Source: Octopus bimaculoides
Taxonomy: Eukaryota
Assembly (NCBI RefSeq): GCF_001194135.2
Contig: NC_068981.1
Span: forward strand, 58,944,742-59,008,741
Reading direction: 5' to 3'
DNA: 64,000 bases
Shown piece by piece: positions 38,080 to 51,940 of the stretch (positions are counted from its first letter, which is position 1; every line of letters begins with the position of its first letter). The notes under the pieces were generated by a model. It did not search any database and had not been told where the DNA came from. It was given only the letters and a program-made list of their open reading frames with translations. The translations under genes were made by a program, and so were the position numbers.

Positions 38080-39120
38080 CAGCTTTGATAACGAGCGGCG
38101 AAAGAATTTCAATTAAAGCCATTTTACACTACCAGTGAAAAAAAGGACCGCGGGCAAAGGCAGTGGCAAAAGAAATTAATGATGCGGAAGGCCAAGGACT
38201 ATCAATGAATGTGTGGCACAAAACTGGTTCAAACGTTTCAAGGAAGGCGACACCTGCCTCAGAGACAAACCAAGGCCAGGGAGACCTTCTGTTGTGGAAG
38301 CTGAGACCTTGCTTGAAATAATTGAACAACAGCCAATCACAATCACTCGTATATTTACAGCAGATTTTGATCCTTCACTAAGCACCATCAATCGATGCCT
38401 CCATAAGCTCGGCTTTGTGAACAGATGCTGTCGAGAAGTTCATCATTAACTGACCAATGGCCAGGCTCAACAACGTGTGAACATTTGTAAGTAACTGCTG
38501 GCAACTCCTTAAGATGTCCGTTTTGACATCGAATTGTAACTGTGGACGGAAAATGGATCTATTTTCATAATATTACGAGAAATCAGTGGTTTCGTTCCGG
38601 CCAGGCTTTAGTACCTGTTGTCAAACAAGGGCAGTTTGAACAGAAGGTCATTTTGTGTTTGGTGGAATTTTGAAGGAGTGTTGCACTTTGAGCTTGTCCC
38701 AGAGAATCAAGCTGTGAATGCTAATCTTTGTGCTCAAAAACTACAGCGAGCATATGATGCTTTGAAAATCCGTTACTCGGTATTGGTCAATCGAAGGCGC
38801 GCACTCATACAGTATGACAATGTTCCAGCACACACTGCCAAACTTACCAAGCGCAAACTTAAGGTACTTCAGGGGCTGGAAGTACTGCCTCACCCTGCCT
38901 AAATCCAGACCTTGCACCATCAAATCACCACTTTTTCCGAGCCATTATTCATTTCCTGCTCAAATGGAGCTTCAGCAATGCGGACGAGGTGGACAACAGT
39001 TGCAGGGAGGTTTTGCTTCTAAACCAGCCGAATGATATAAGTGTGGAATTGAGCTTCTGGCACAACGATGGCAACAGTCAATAGAATATGATGGGATATA
39101 TTTTGATGAATAAAAGCTTT
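38080..39120 (+). mobile_element. mariner (DD34D) transposase relic
   Basis: AQNWFKRFKEGDTCLRDKPRPGRP, CVWWNFEGVLHFEL, LIQYDNVPAHTA, LEVLPHPA; TIRs not confidently found. Confidence 0.9.
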
Positions 39121-39770
39121 TTGTTTGTAATTTGCTTGTACTATTAAGTAAAGCGTGAAATACGAAAAAAAACAAAAACCAAACAAACAAAAAGAGTTTT
39201 TGACTCAGTCAGGCATAATGAAAGGTTTCCATTCTGTTTTTTTGTAGGATAAGAAATACTCTACTAAACTGTTTTTTTAAGGCATAGCATTTGACTCGAG
39301 GGTTATTTGCCTGCTAATCTAGCAAGTCGAACACTGTGGACCACTCCTTATTATTTATACATAGATACGGTCATACAAATACACGGACACAAATTTGAAA
39401 TAAGTATAGGAAAGTGCTGCATTACTTATGTAGTTTCATCAAGTTCCGTTCTCATACCTCATACCTCTTCCACTGACCGTTCTACCTACCTACCTACCTA
39501 CCTACCTCTCTCCATCCCTCTCTACCTACCTACACATGTGTAGCGTAGCAAGGGTCCTCAGCGCTCGGACACAATGATACTTTCAGTGTCTTTTGCATGA
39601 TAGGTCAAAGGATAATATTACCCTTTTCTCATCTGTGCCTGAGACCAACTGTCCTTCTTACCTCTCTCTTGCTACGCCTCTGCAATCCACCCGTCCTTCA
39701 ATCGATGAATTCATTCATCTACCAATCTTTGTCTCTCTCTCTCTCTGTCCACACACACACACACGCACGA

Positions 39771-39834
<64 letters not shown>

Positions 39835-40248
39835 ACACACACATTTATCTATGCGACTCAGCTTTTGCATTTNNNNNNNNNNNNNNNNNNNNNNNNNNNN
39901 NNNNNNNNNNNNNNNNNNNNNNNNNNNNNNNNNNNNNNNNNNNNNNNNNNNNNNNNNNNNNNNNNNNNNNNNNNNNNNNNNNNNNNNNNNNNNNNNNNNN
40001 NNNNNNNNNNNNNNNNNNNNNNNNNNNNNNNNNNNNNNNNNNNNNNNNNNNNNNNNNNNNNNNNNNNNNNNNNNNNNNNNNNNNNNNNNNNNNNNNNNNN
40101 NNNNNNNNNNNNNNNNNNNNNNNNNNNNNNNNNNNNNNNNNNNNNNNNNNNNNNNNNNNNNNNNNNNNNNNNNNNNNNNNNNNNNNNNNNNNNNNNNNNN
40201 NNNNNNNNNNNNNNNNNNNNNNNNNNNNNNNNNNNNNNNNNNNNNNNN

Positions 40249-40320
40249 CAGTGGGGTGGACAGTGGGGTGGACAGTGGGGTGGACAGTGGGGTGGACAGT
40301 GGGGTGGACAGTGGGGTAGA
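40249..40320 (+). repeat. (CAGTGGGGTGGA)n 12-bp minisatellite, truncated by gap
   Basis: Six visible units (the last ends GTAGA), each with a GGGG run. Confidence 0.95.
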
Positions 40321-43300
40321 CTAAGAAAATCATCAGCCACCAACAGTATCGTGATTTAAATAAAATGCAATACAAGTGAGAATGAAAATCGCATTGCAAA
40401 TGGAGATCGTCCGGTAGTTGTTTCGATCACTCAAAGCCTTGGGACTAAGCCGTCTGATTGAAACTGTGTAGATGAAATCTATATTAAAGTTTGTTGAGTG
40501 AATCGTATCTGTAATTCAAACGGACAAACGGAAGATCACAACTAAGGAGCCTACCAAAGCATTACAGTACGTAAATTTATTTTGTAACAGGAAAAAGAAA
40601 CACTATCTTCCTCTTGAAATATGTATGTCGGAAAAAATAACATTACACGTATCAGTTGTAGAATTTTCGAAACTATACTCAGTAAGATCTAGATCTTGCT
40701 GTGTCGAGAAATTCTTCATCTTGATGTCTGTTTATTTGTTGAATTGAAGAAATGAGATGATCTGGAAATGTATCTGAAATAATCTAAATAGGACGAAAAT
40801 TTATAGGTGATATGTATTTGAAAAGTTTCAATCTTTTTGGAATTCTTTGGAATCTTTTAATCCTTTAGGCAACTTCATACAGTTATATTTAACGCAACTC
40901 AAATTTAGTCAGAAAGGCTTTCTGGTTAATAAATGTTCTAAGGTCTATTACGTAGTTTAGAAAACCCATCTCATTTGTCATTGTGAGTTTTGTCTCACTA
41001 TCAGCGAAATAACTTGTTTCTGTCTTCTGAATATTTCGAACATTTCTAGTTTACTTTACTGAATTTTATTTTGTTTCTTGTATTTATTTCTTACTCATAC
41101 AATGTCTCTCTGATATCTCATACTCCCTCTCTCACAAACACCCTTTCGTTCTGTTGGCAATTCTTCCTATTTATTTCGCATTTCACTTTCTGTTTTATAT
41201 TAATTTTATAGTACCACTGTCTTTCACTTTCTCTCCCCTGTTTAATCTGATTCCTTTCTGTTAAATCCTTCGCAATACAATAAGATACATTTAAATGATG
41301 CACTCCTCGCAGCTTCTTCCTTCCTTTCTTTAACTTTTTGGCGTTTAATTACTTTGAAAGGTTAATCAAATGGAAGGTTTATTATAAAAAAAACAATATA
41401 CTTATGGTCCTTGGAAATAAAATGAAAACAACTGTTGAGGTATTAGTGGTTAAGTTCTATCTTCAATGACGAGATCAGAAATAATATTTTGGCTTTGGGT
41501 ATTTATATCAGTTAGAGTATTTCGATTAATTTTCTTGTAAATTTTTGTGATGAAAATTGATAGGAATCTGTGATTAATAGTATAATTAACTTGATTTAAA
41601 TATTTGGTTTAATCTAATTGTAAATATATTTGATTGGCATACTTGATTTCTTGTATTTTGGTTTTTAACTTCGTTTTTAACAGGGCACTATTAATCCCTT
41701 TTCTGAACTTTGGGGTTTTGATTAATGAAAATACAATTTCTTCAAATGGTATTAATAGCTCATTTTTAGGTAGGCATTTGTTAGATTTAGACTCATATCT
41801 TAAGTTGCTTCTCTGAGTCTTTTCTAGTTTATTGAAGAAAAATAATGTAACCTAAGACTCTGGATAAAATGGCCCTTTCTCTGCATTAGGCACCCAAGAT
41901 AAATTTTAAAATAATTTCTTGAGAAATAACAATATTTACTGCTTCAACATTTTAAAGAATGCAATTAGTAAATCATTTAATAAAAAGGATGTACTCTGAC
42001 AGAATAAGAATGGGGACCACAAACAACAAAGAGTTCTATGCGTTGAAATCAGAGTATTCATATTTATTCATTAAGGTGCTACAATTTTGTTTCATTCATA
42101 ATGTGTACTCTTCATTGAGTAAAAAAAAAGACAACTTATAAATAACGTATTATAATGACATTTATATATGTATATAATGGTCGGCAATAGAGAAGAAGAG
42201 CGAAAATAAGATAACATAGAGGCAAAAGGCTGGAGTTTGAAAAGCTGTGAGGGAGGACCTGAAATTAGAAGCGTTGAATTTTATATTGGGATAAATGTTA
42301 AAACAGTGTAGTATGTATTTGGATTTAAGAATGAACATATTTTTTTGGTTTGATTGATTAATAGAGATAACTTAGAGTTTAATACTTCTAAAACTGTGAA
42401 TGTGCGAATAAATTTTGAAAACTTGTGATTAAATTAAAGTAAAGAATAAGTCTAAAAGTGTGTGACTGCAACAAACTTAAAAGTATTTATAAAATTTGAT
42501 CAATGTAATGTGAAGTTGTTTATCATACGTAGTAGATAAGCACTTTTGTTCTCAGAAGAATACTCATAATATATTGGTCTTCATGCTTTTGTAGAAAAAC
42601 AAACACAAATGAGAACATCGGTATCCATTAAACTAGGGCATATTAAAAATTAAAGAAAAGAATTACAAGAAATTAGTTGAAAACAAAGGGAGATACCACT
42701 TTTAAGTTCCGAAATTAATGGTGGAATAAACTGCAAAAATAAGTATTAAACGGGCAAGAGCGATTGTTAAATTCCTGAGAGCGGGTAAGATGTGGAATAT
42801 AACAGCAAAGTTAATTGCATATGAAATAAATGTAGGAACAACTGTTCAAACGTACAAATAAAATACTTATATGTATTTTAAGCAATACACATATATAGTG
42901 TGTATATACATATGTACTTTACATGTATATATATATATATATGCGCGTGCACACACACACGCACATATATACATACATACATCAATACCGACGATCCAAA
43001 CATACAGCAGATTGTATTATATTCCATGTTAATTGTAGTCCTCATGAGACAACTAACAAGAGACCCGGTATAATATATATATATCAAAAGTAAGAAAATA
43101 GAGAGGTAATTAATAAATTATATATATATCAAAGAGTTGTGTTCAGGATAAATGGAAACTTAGCAGCGACAACTGAGTAAGTCGAAGTTGTGTGAAAGCT
43201 TATCGAATGAACTGTACCATTCCGGCCTTGAATTTCTGTCACACTAATTTTGCATGAGATTTATGTTAAAAGTACACATATCTGTGAAATACGAAACCAT

Positions 43301-43417
43301 TTACACGGTAATTTAATGGACTGGTGGTTAAGTTAATTGGACAACAGAGTACTTATCGTCGAATCTAACGGATATCCGTTCACTTATTTAAATTCCGTAT
43401 TTATGTACGTACACACA

Positions 43418-43466
<49 letters not shown>

Positions 43467-43476
43467 NNNNNNNNNN

Positions 43477-43520
<44 letters not shown>

Positions 43521-44084
43521 CAGAGAGAGAGAGAGAGAAAGAATACTGCAAATAAACAAATAAATACTCGGATTTTAATGTTCAAAGTATATATACATGT
43601 ATACATGTAAACATTAGTTTGTTTGCTTCCATTACCGGCTACAAATGTTTGATGAACTACATCTGCCAACATTATAAAGCAATTCCAAGCTTTCAGAAAC
43701 TGCTATCGGACTTTTAACACCCTCCCCCTTCTAATTCTTTGAGTCTATGTAATCTGAATAAGTTTGCTCTATAAAATTTTAGATATATGTATATATATAT
43801 TTTCACTTGATTGTTTATCATCTGAAAATTTTGAGTCTGCCTTCACCTTTTACACGCATACATGTAATTATATTTATTGTACATTAAAACCCAAGGCCTT
43901 TTCTGTTTATTTGAATCATTGTCCTCATATCTGCTCTCTTGGATTCCCCTTATAGCTACACTTTAACCTGCTGGCTTGGTGCTCGGTAAAGTGTAAGTTC
44001 AAATCAGAGCACTATTAAGTGTTTTCTATATTGAGATTCTCTCGACATCATCTGCTGACTCTACATAACATACATAAATACACA

Positions 44085-44169
<85 letters not shown>

Positions 44170-44600
44170 GTAGAAAGTTGAAAAGGAGCACACGAGATGA
44201 TATATATGGAAAAAAGTCAGGGTAGAAAATGCTAAAATGATTTTATAAAAAGAGTAAAAATAAATAAATGAATAAAGACTTACAAAGTATAACCTTTCAC
44301 CCCTTAAATATTTATTGAGCTAGACTAATAATGATAAAGAACTATTGGACAAAAATTCAGATATGCAGCGTTTCCTTGGTGAGATACCGGATATAAATAT
44401 GTTAAGAGGCTCAGATAAGGTGATATAGTATTTAACATAAATAAATAAATAAGACTTAAAGAGAATAGATATATGTTAATAAAAGTAACAAGGGCTTAAA
44501 TATGGGCCAATTAAACAAGTTAAATTAAAACTTATAAATAAAATTATTTAAATAGCTAAATATAATGCCCTCAAAACCGGAACTAGGTATTAATATAGAT

Positions 44601-44886
44601 GTGAAGAGCTAAAGAACAACTGGAAATAATCTAAATTAGGAACATATCAAAGCGAAACCACCAGGTAGAAATAAATATGTATTATTTACAGTGAGTTAGA
44701 AAATAGCTACAGGTTTGGTTCATATAGTACAATTAATTTAGAGGTAAAGAGCTAATGGAAATCTAGAAACAATCTAAATTAGGGACATACACAAAACGAA
44801 ACCCGGTAAATGTAAATATATATTTTATAGTGAATTAGAAAAAAAGCTAAACTGTGAGGTTCTTATAGTATAATTCAAAATTAAAG
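44601..44886 (+). repeat. Two diverged ~143-bp tandem units, each with hammerhead-like motif relics
   Basis: Units start at 44601 and 44744 and share aatctaaattagg, cgaaacc..ggta and gtga.ttagaaaa..gcta. The motif order gt(g/a)aaga-gct...gaaa-cc..gg-ta mirrors the 26.7-kb hammerhead. The tandem duplication is clear; the ribozyme origin is tentative. Confidence 0.55.
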
Positions 44887-45461
44887 CAAATAAAACTTAT
44901 TAATATTATCATAAATGAATAAGTTAATGGCTAGATATACCTTCATGCAAGGAGATAAAATAAAACTGTAAAAAAATTATTGTACATGAGATAGCAATAC
45001 GTAGAAAGAGATAGAGGGAAGAATTATAAAAGAAATTATTATGCTTGCTAGGAGATAGGTAACTGTAAACTGTAATTATAGTATGTGTTGATAGATGGAG
45101 ATAAGACCAGATATGTAAAATCAATAGAAAAAATACAAAGCGAGGTAATAGATAAATTACTAGAAAGCTTCCCCAAAATGTAAATGGCGCTAGAAAATAT
45201 GCAACTTAGAATCTTAGGAGAGGTGTGCAAGGTATGAAGTAAAAGTACTATACTAACTGATAAGTTATGTGGATTTATTACTAAAAATATTAAATCATTC
45301 CACCAAGAATACGAAGAAAAAAGAAAGTAAAATATTTAATTAAAGGCTGGAAGATAGAGAGAATGATAGTGAATTTATTAGGAGGTAGGTATAAGAAAAC
45401 TGATTATAATATNNNNNNNNNNNNNNNNNNNNNNNNNNNNNNNNNNNNNNNNNNNNNNNNN

Positions 45462-45496
<35 letters not shown>

Positions 45497-45989
45497 TGAG
45501 GATTGGACCAAATATAGTTTAATTGGTAAAGCCAATTATTCAGAAAATAATTAAAAGGATTAGTTGTAAAAATATACATATGAATAGATAAATATACATG
45601 ATAAGAAATAAATATAATAGGAGAACAATAAAGTTAGAGTATTATAAGATAGGTGCAAGATGTACTGTAAACAAATATATATACATAATAAATATGCAGT
45701 TTATAATGAAATAGTTATTAAATTAACAAGCCAAGCAATATGAATAAGAAGGGGTAAATAAATAAATACAAATATAAATAAATGTATATACATGGTAAGG
45801 AATAGATATAATGGGGGAACCATAAAAGGGGTAAAGAGAGCCTAGTGTGAGAGAAAGGGGTAAATGAGTTATTAAATGGGAACCTTTAAGAGGGGTTTAC
45901 ATACCATAAAGCAGTAAGGGAAAGGGGCAAGTAAGCTGTTATATAATTTAGACATGCATGTTAGTATAAAGAATAAGAATAGCTATATA

Positions 45990-46510
45990 ATATTTTATCC
46001 ATATTTCGAAAATACAAATTTGGTTTTGTGTATGCAAGAGTTATCACGTTCATCTCTGAGGTTAGGAGTAGGGTATTTTGCAGAGAGAATATAACATTTT
46101 TCATTTAAGCACAAGACATTTTTTCATATTAATTTGATAAGAAGGTGCCGAGGCAAGTATTTCCCATTTCAAGTGGTACTGTATATTCCTATCTTTTAAC
46201 TCCCAAATAAATCCACTTGGTCCTGTATAATAAGATTTAAGTTTATTCCTGAAAATATAGAGATGAGTGACAATACGCTTGTTAACCTCATTTTGTGTCG
46301 AGCCTATATAAGAATTTTTCATTCTTTTAATTAATAAATAGTAATTTATTAATTACCTTTCTATTTTGTTATCTTATTATACTAAATAAATATATATAAA
46401 CTACGGTTTATATAGTTACCTTGCAGTTGAGTATTAACTGTAATGTTCAAATTTCTTTGTATAGGTAACTAACCAGTACTTCCATAGGAAGGTTTGTTAC
46501 CTTTATTTGT
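45990..46510 (-). mobile_element. Penelope-like element GIY-YIG endonuclease C-terminal relic
   Basis: SYIGSTQNEVNKRIVTH..F...TGPSGFIWELKDRNIQYHLKWEILASAPSYQINMKKC, then PNLRDERDNSCIHKTKF (cf. LNKRSELxSxCRHxNKF). Confidence 0.85.
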
Positions 46511-46684
46511 ATATATATACACATTTTATATATATACACACACATTATATATATGCATATATATCTATGTATATAATAAATATATATATATATATGCATA
46601 TAATAAACATAATATATATACATATTCTCCAATATAGAATAGATATGTAAATACAAGTGTGTGTGTGTGGGCGTGCCTATGTGT

Positions 46685-46980
46685 ATCAGTGTGTGGTCCC
46701 AGGGTTTGGACGTAACGCTCTCGATCGCAAGACTCTGGTTTTGTTTTCCAGATCGGCGTTGCGTTGCGTTTTGGCGCAAAACACTTCATTTCCCGTTGTT
46801 CCAGTCCACTGAGCTGTAAATGAGAAACCCTGCGACGGACTGGAGTTCCGTTCAGAGGGCATGTTTGTCTTCCCGCCAAGCCTGTGGACTGACATCATCC
46901 AAAAGCGACAACTATGGGAGGAAGCACATTGTGAACAGTGGTGTGTAGCAACACTCGATAGTGTGGCCGATACAGTGATA
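46685..46980 (+). mobile_element. tRNA-derived SINE with V-domain-like core
   Basis: Degenerate tRNA head, then ccagtccactgagctgtaaatgag and ccctgcgacggactggagttccgttcagaggg. The family assignment is from motif recall only. Confidence 0.6.
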
Positions 46981-47932
46981 TAGTGATATATATATATATA
47001 NNNNNNNNNNNNNNNNNNNNNNNNNNNNNNNNNNNNNNNNNNNNNNNNNNNNNNNNNNNNNNNNNNNNNNNNNNNNNNNNNNNNNNNNNNNNNNNNNGTG
47101 TGTGTTGAGAAACCGTCCATTATACCGTTAAGCAACAATTCCCCGCCCCATTACACTCCATTAAAATAGGCAATTAATTGGAACATAAGACACAATCTAT
47201 TAGCAACTTTATATTTGACTTTAACTAAGAAAAAAAGCATAAATAACTCTTACATTAGAATTCTTCACACTCCAATAAATAAAATTGACTTTTATGTTTA
47301 AAACCGCTGATAAATTTGAATAAATGTCTAAAAATGCTTTTTGGCTATTTTCTTTTTGTCTGTAATCTTGTTTATCTTATCTTTTTTTCTTATCCGTTCC
47401 TCTTTCTTCTTCTTCTTCTTCTCCTTCGTCTGCACATATTTTCTCTGTTCCACACCTTTCTCTCTCACTTAAGCTTCATTTTTTTCTTTTTTTTCGTTTT
47501 TATCTTCCTGATGTTCTGTTTCGTGTTCTTCACAATATTCTCTAACTTTAATTTAATTCTTCTTCTACTCTTCTATATCTGTTTCTTTCCTTTTTCTTTT
47601 GCTTTTACTCAGGCATCTACCTCTCATTTTTTTCTTTCTCTTGCTGTTTCTTTTCCTATCCTCTAATCATGGTCTCTTGTCTACATGTAACTAATAGACC
47701 CTACTGTGGTTTTCTACTATGTCAGTTGATCCATAACTACAATTATTTTACATAGAAAGAAAAGCTTCCAAGTGCATAAATTTAGTTGCCCGAGGACTCG
47801 GACCGAGAAACTTCAAACAGCAACTCACGCAAGCTCAGCTTTGTGTAAATGACGTTATTATTCCACTCTACATAACAGTATTCAGTACATTTTCGGTCAA
47901 TTACTACTCAAACCGCATGAGCCGCAATCAAC

Positions 47933-47970
<38 letters not shown>

Positions 47971-48002
47971 GAGAGAGGAAGAGAGTGAGAGAGAGAGTGA
48001 GT

Positions 48003-48059
<57 letters not shown>

Positions 48060-48513
48060 TGAGAGAGAGATGCTACAAAGTTGTAGTGGTTACCGTGGTG
48101 TGGTGGGTACCTCAGCCTGCGGGAATTCGCGAACATGTGGTTCGATTCTTATTAGTTATTATGTTCAGTGTGTTTTTTATATTGTCGAATGAGCATTTCT
48201 GCTGAAATAGTATGCGCTTCATTTGCATTTGAGTAGCTACTTAAAATAAACTTGTTTTCAAATGTTTCAATTCTTCAAACAAACCAAAACAAATCTACTC
48301 ACTTCCTCGCTTATACATAAGTATGTTGATGCAAATGGAATAAAGACATTTTTGGTCAAAATCTTTGAAGGATTAATTCTAATTATACAAAATAATAAAT
48401 TTCATTCGTGTGTTTAGTAGATTAAATATTTTTTCTTGAAAAGTCAATAATTGTATAATGTAAAGCAATTTTAAAATAGTATCAGCTTTCCAAATTTTTA
48501 GCATGCCCTCAAA

Positions 48514-48830
48514 TATAAGGGTTGTCTACAAAATAATGCAAAAACAATCATAGATTTTAGTGATAGGTTGTTAAAATCGCATATGATAGTAGAAGATTCT
48601 TCTTCCATGCATAGGTACTGTATTTGTGCCATCGTAGGACTTTAGCTCTCGAATCTTCTTTTGAAAAATTGCACTGTTGTATCCCCTTCTTCACAACCAA
48701 TATCACCTCGTCAGTGTCTCAAATCGTTTTCCCCGGAGACGGTCCAGGTAGAAGTAGGACACTGCCAAGGTATCTCACCAGCACTTGAGATAACTTCCCA
48801 CGGCAATCTATCCTATCGCTTTCTAATTAT
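48514..48830 (-). mobile_element. mariner C-terminal relic with terminal TIR
   Basis: Minus-strand pieces LPWEVI, YFYL, GKRFET.DEVILVV, VLRWHK; TIR-like tataagggttgtctacaaaataatgca at 48514-48540. Confidence 0.6.
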
Positions 48831-50482
48831 ACTCTGGTTAACGTCTTTATTTGTTTATACACACCAGCGATATGTGTAACTAACTGGTCGGCAGTTCACA
48901 CCCTCCCCTTCAAAAACATCTATCCTGGATCATTTCCTGTTCCCGTTTTCACTGCCACGTTTCCATAGTTCGACTCAAGAAGCGTATTGTGACCGGCATT
49001 GTATAGGATCATCCGCCATTCCAGTCGATGCAGTTATATGTTGATATTTATATCCACACGAGTCAGCAAGTGGCATAGAAAGACTTTGATACTTTGTTAT
49101 CCACATCCCAAGCCTATTAATGATTTCATAGAATTCTAAGGTGCATGGTTTGTATTGCTTTGCACACACACACACACACACACACACGTACGCACACACG
49201 CACACACACTTATATATGTACTCATATGAACCGTAGAATTCTCATCATTACCATTCATAACTTTCTACTATAAATGCAAACGCCAAACCATACAGTTTAT
49301 TCTTACATTTTGATACAAAATTTTGAATAATTTCGCTTCTGTTAAGGTGCATAGCCTTTAGATAGCAAAAATGAGTAATTCTTCTTATCAGTATAATAAT
49401 TGGCATGCATGGAGGCTAAATATAAAAATAACCAAAAATAAAATAAATATAGAGCAATAGTAGAAAAAGTATAGAAAATATGATTTACGAATTTAAGAGA
49501 AATCAAAACACTAATAACAAAGTAAAGTGAATGTTTCAACAACAGAACTAGAGGGGGGAAATGGGAAACTGATCTTCTAGCTTTGACAGAATTTTGAGAT
49601 TAAGTTGCTTAATGTCGTATTCCTGTTTCGACTGGAAGACATTTTGAATTTTTGGAATTTAGTTTTAGCTCTATGAGGTTCGATTATAAGGCTCTTGGGT
49701 CTAAGTTTATGAAAAGAAAGTTACTTGTAGAAAACCAAGCAATGACGTTACACGTATATGGCAAGCATGTCCTAAAGGAAGGTCAAAGATTCAACAAACT
49801 TTCATCTTGTTTAAGTTACATCGAAAAGACGAATGTGACAAAATTAACCGACTGCAAACAGCAATTGAAAAACTAAGCTTGCAAACGCGACAGTAAATAG
49901 ATTATTGGAAAACCAAAGGCCTGGAAGTAAAAGATGTGATCGTTGCACAGCAGATGATGGACAAATCCTTAATAATCTTCATAATCATGACCTCCATTAG
50001 AACACAAAAACAGAGATTTTCAGGAAGCATCTTTGAGGAACGTCTGCTACATCACCAGGCTGTACCACCCTTATCTGATTAACCCGTAAACAAACTCTTG
50101 CTTATATATATGTTAACATATTCACGTAATATACTTATTTTCGCTTATCTTCCTTGTTCTTCCTTTTCTTTATTCTACTCCTTCTACGTCGATACACTGA
50201 CCTTTCTTTTGTCTGTTTTCCGCACCTTTTCTGGTTTCCTTCTATTTGCAATCATTTTTATTTCTTTTATTAACTCTTATGATTCATTGTACTGTTAAGC
50301 TTAATGACTTACGGCTAAGGGCTCTGAATCGTCAAAGAAGTGGAAACGTCATATGTTATCAAATCGAATAAATGATATGGTTTCACTATTGCATTTATGG
50401 CAAGAAAGTGTTTGTAACCACGCGAGAAGTTCTGCTGCTCGATTTACTTTACGCCCAAGATACGACCGCGGTCGCGCATACA

Positions 50483-50593
50483 CACACGCGCACACGCGCA
50501 CACGCGCACACGCGCACACGCGCACACGCGCACACGCGCACACGCGCACACGCGCACACGCGCACACGCGCACACGCGCACACGCGCACACGC
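50483..50593. repeat. (CACACGCG)n octamer array
   Basis: About 13 perfect units of strictly alternating purine-pyrimidine sequence, preceded by the palindrome cgaccgcggtcg (50463-50474). Confidence 0.95.
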
Positions 50594-50664
50594 ACGTATA
50601 TTGTCCGTCTAATTTAGAAGTTTACATTGCCAGCATTTAGGCTGACAGTGTGGTGAAGCCCGTA

Positions 50665-50739
<75 letters not shown>

Positions 50740-50744
50740 CATGT

Positions 50745-51940
50745 GTTTACATTTCCGGTTAGCACACATTTCAAACTATCTCTTGAGAAAGAAAGTTTAA
50801 AATTACTTAATTCATGCCAATTTTGCAACATTATGAAACTAGAAGATTATAAGATGCATTTTGGACACTTGATGCTTTTTTATTACCGTAAAGGCAAAAA
50901 TGCCCCGCCAGCAACAAAAAAAGATATGAGCAGTGTACGGTGAAGGTGTTTTAGCTGACAGAACAGTACAGTAGTGGTTCGCTAAGTTTAAAGTTGATGA
51001 TTGTAACCTTATTGATGAAGAACGCTCAGGCAGACAGACACCCCACTTCAGATGACAACCAGACGACGACCATTGATTGAGAATAACCCGCAATACACAA
51101 CGTGAAAATTAGCAGAAACACTAAATTTATCAAAATCCACCATCCACGAGCACTTAGTGAAGCTTGGGTGCTCAAATCGCTACGATGTTTGGGTACCACA
51201 TGATCTGAGTGAAAAGAATCTTTTGGATCGCATTTCTATCTGTGATTTTCTCTATAAACGCAATGAAAATGCACCCTTTTCGAAGCAAATTGTGACGGGT
51301 GATGGATCTTTGCAACAATGATCAGCGAAAAAGATCCTGGGGTAAGCGACATGAGTCACCTTTAGCCACCTCAAAAATAGGTCTTCATCCTAAGAAAGCT
51401 ATGCTCTGCCTCTGGTGGGATTGAAAAGGAATCCTATACTATGAGCATCTGCCAAGTAACCTGTCAATTAATTCTGAGAAGTACTGCTCGCAAAAGGACA
51501 ATTTAGAGGCAGTAATTCAAGAAAAACGCATAGAATTGGCGAACAGGTAAGGTGTTGTTTTCCATCAGGATAATGCCAGACCTCACGTTTCTTTGGCGAC
51601 CCGTCAAAAATTATTGCAGCTTGGCTGGAATGTGATACCCCACCCGCCATATTTACTAGACATTGCTCCTTCGGATTTTCATTTATTCAGGTCCTTGCAA
51701 AATAATCTCAATGGTAAAAATTTTAATTCTTTGTAGGGCATAAAAAACCCCACCTTAATGAGCTCTTTGTCAATAAACCACCGAAATCCTGTGAAGACGG
51801 AATCTTTAAGGTGAAGGAAAGATGGAGTTGTGTAACAAAATGATTCATACTTAGTTGAATAAATATTTAATAGCATAATTTTTGTTTGCTTTTCAATTTC
51901 CCTTAAAAATCGACATGGACTTTCCGGACACCCCAATACT
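50745..51940 (+). mobile_element. mariner (Hsmar1/cecropia-like) transposon relic
   Basis: KMHFGHLMLFYYRKGKNA, WVPHDLSEKN, IVTGD, LCLWWD*KGILYYE, FHQDNARPH, PHPPY.LDIAPSDFHLFRSLQN; right TIR cgacatggactttccggacaccccaata (51911-51938). Confidence 0.92.

Noticed and set aside
47316-47666. 116-aa hydrophobic F/L-rich ORF
   Set aside because: Translation of a pyrimidine-rich low-complexity tract; no membrane-protein motifs.
49740-50360. Possible further PLE GIY-YIG relic (YIEKTN...) and a ttaatga...gaaacgtca motif
   Set aside because: Too degenerate: only one partial motif each and no pairing support.
40249-50595. CRISPR-like arrays
   Set aside because: The repeats are contiguous tandem units without unique spacers, and the context is eukaryotic.
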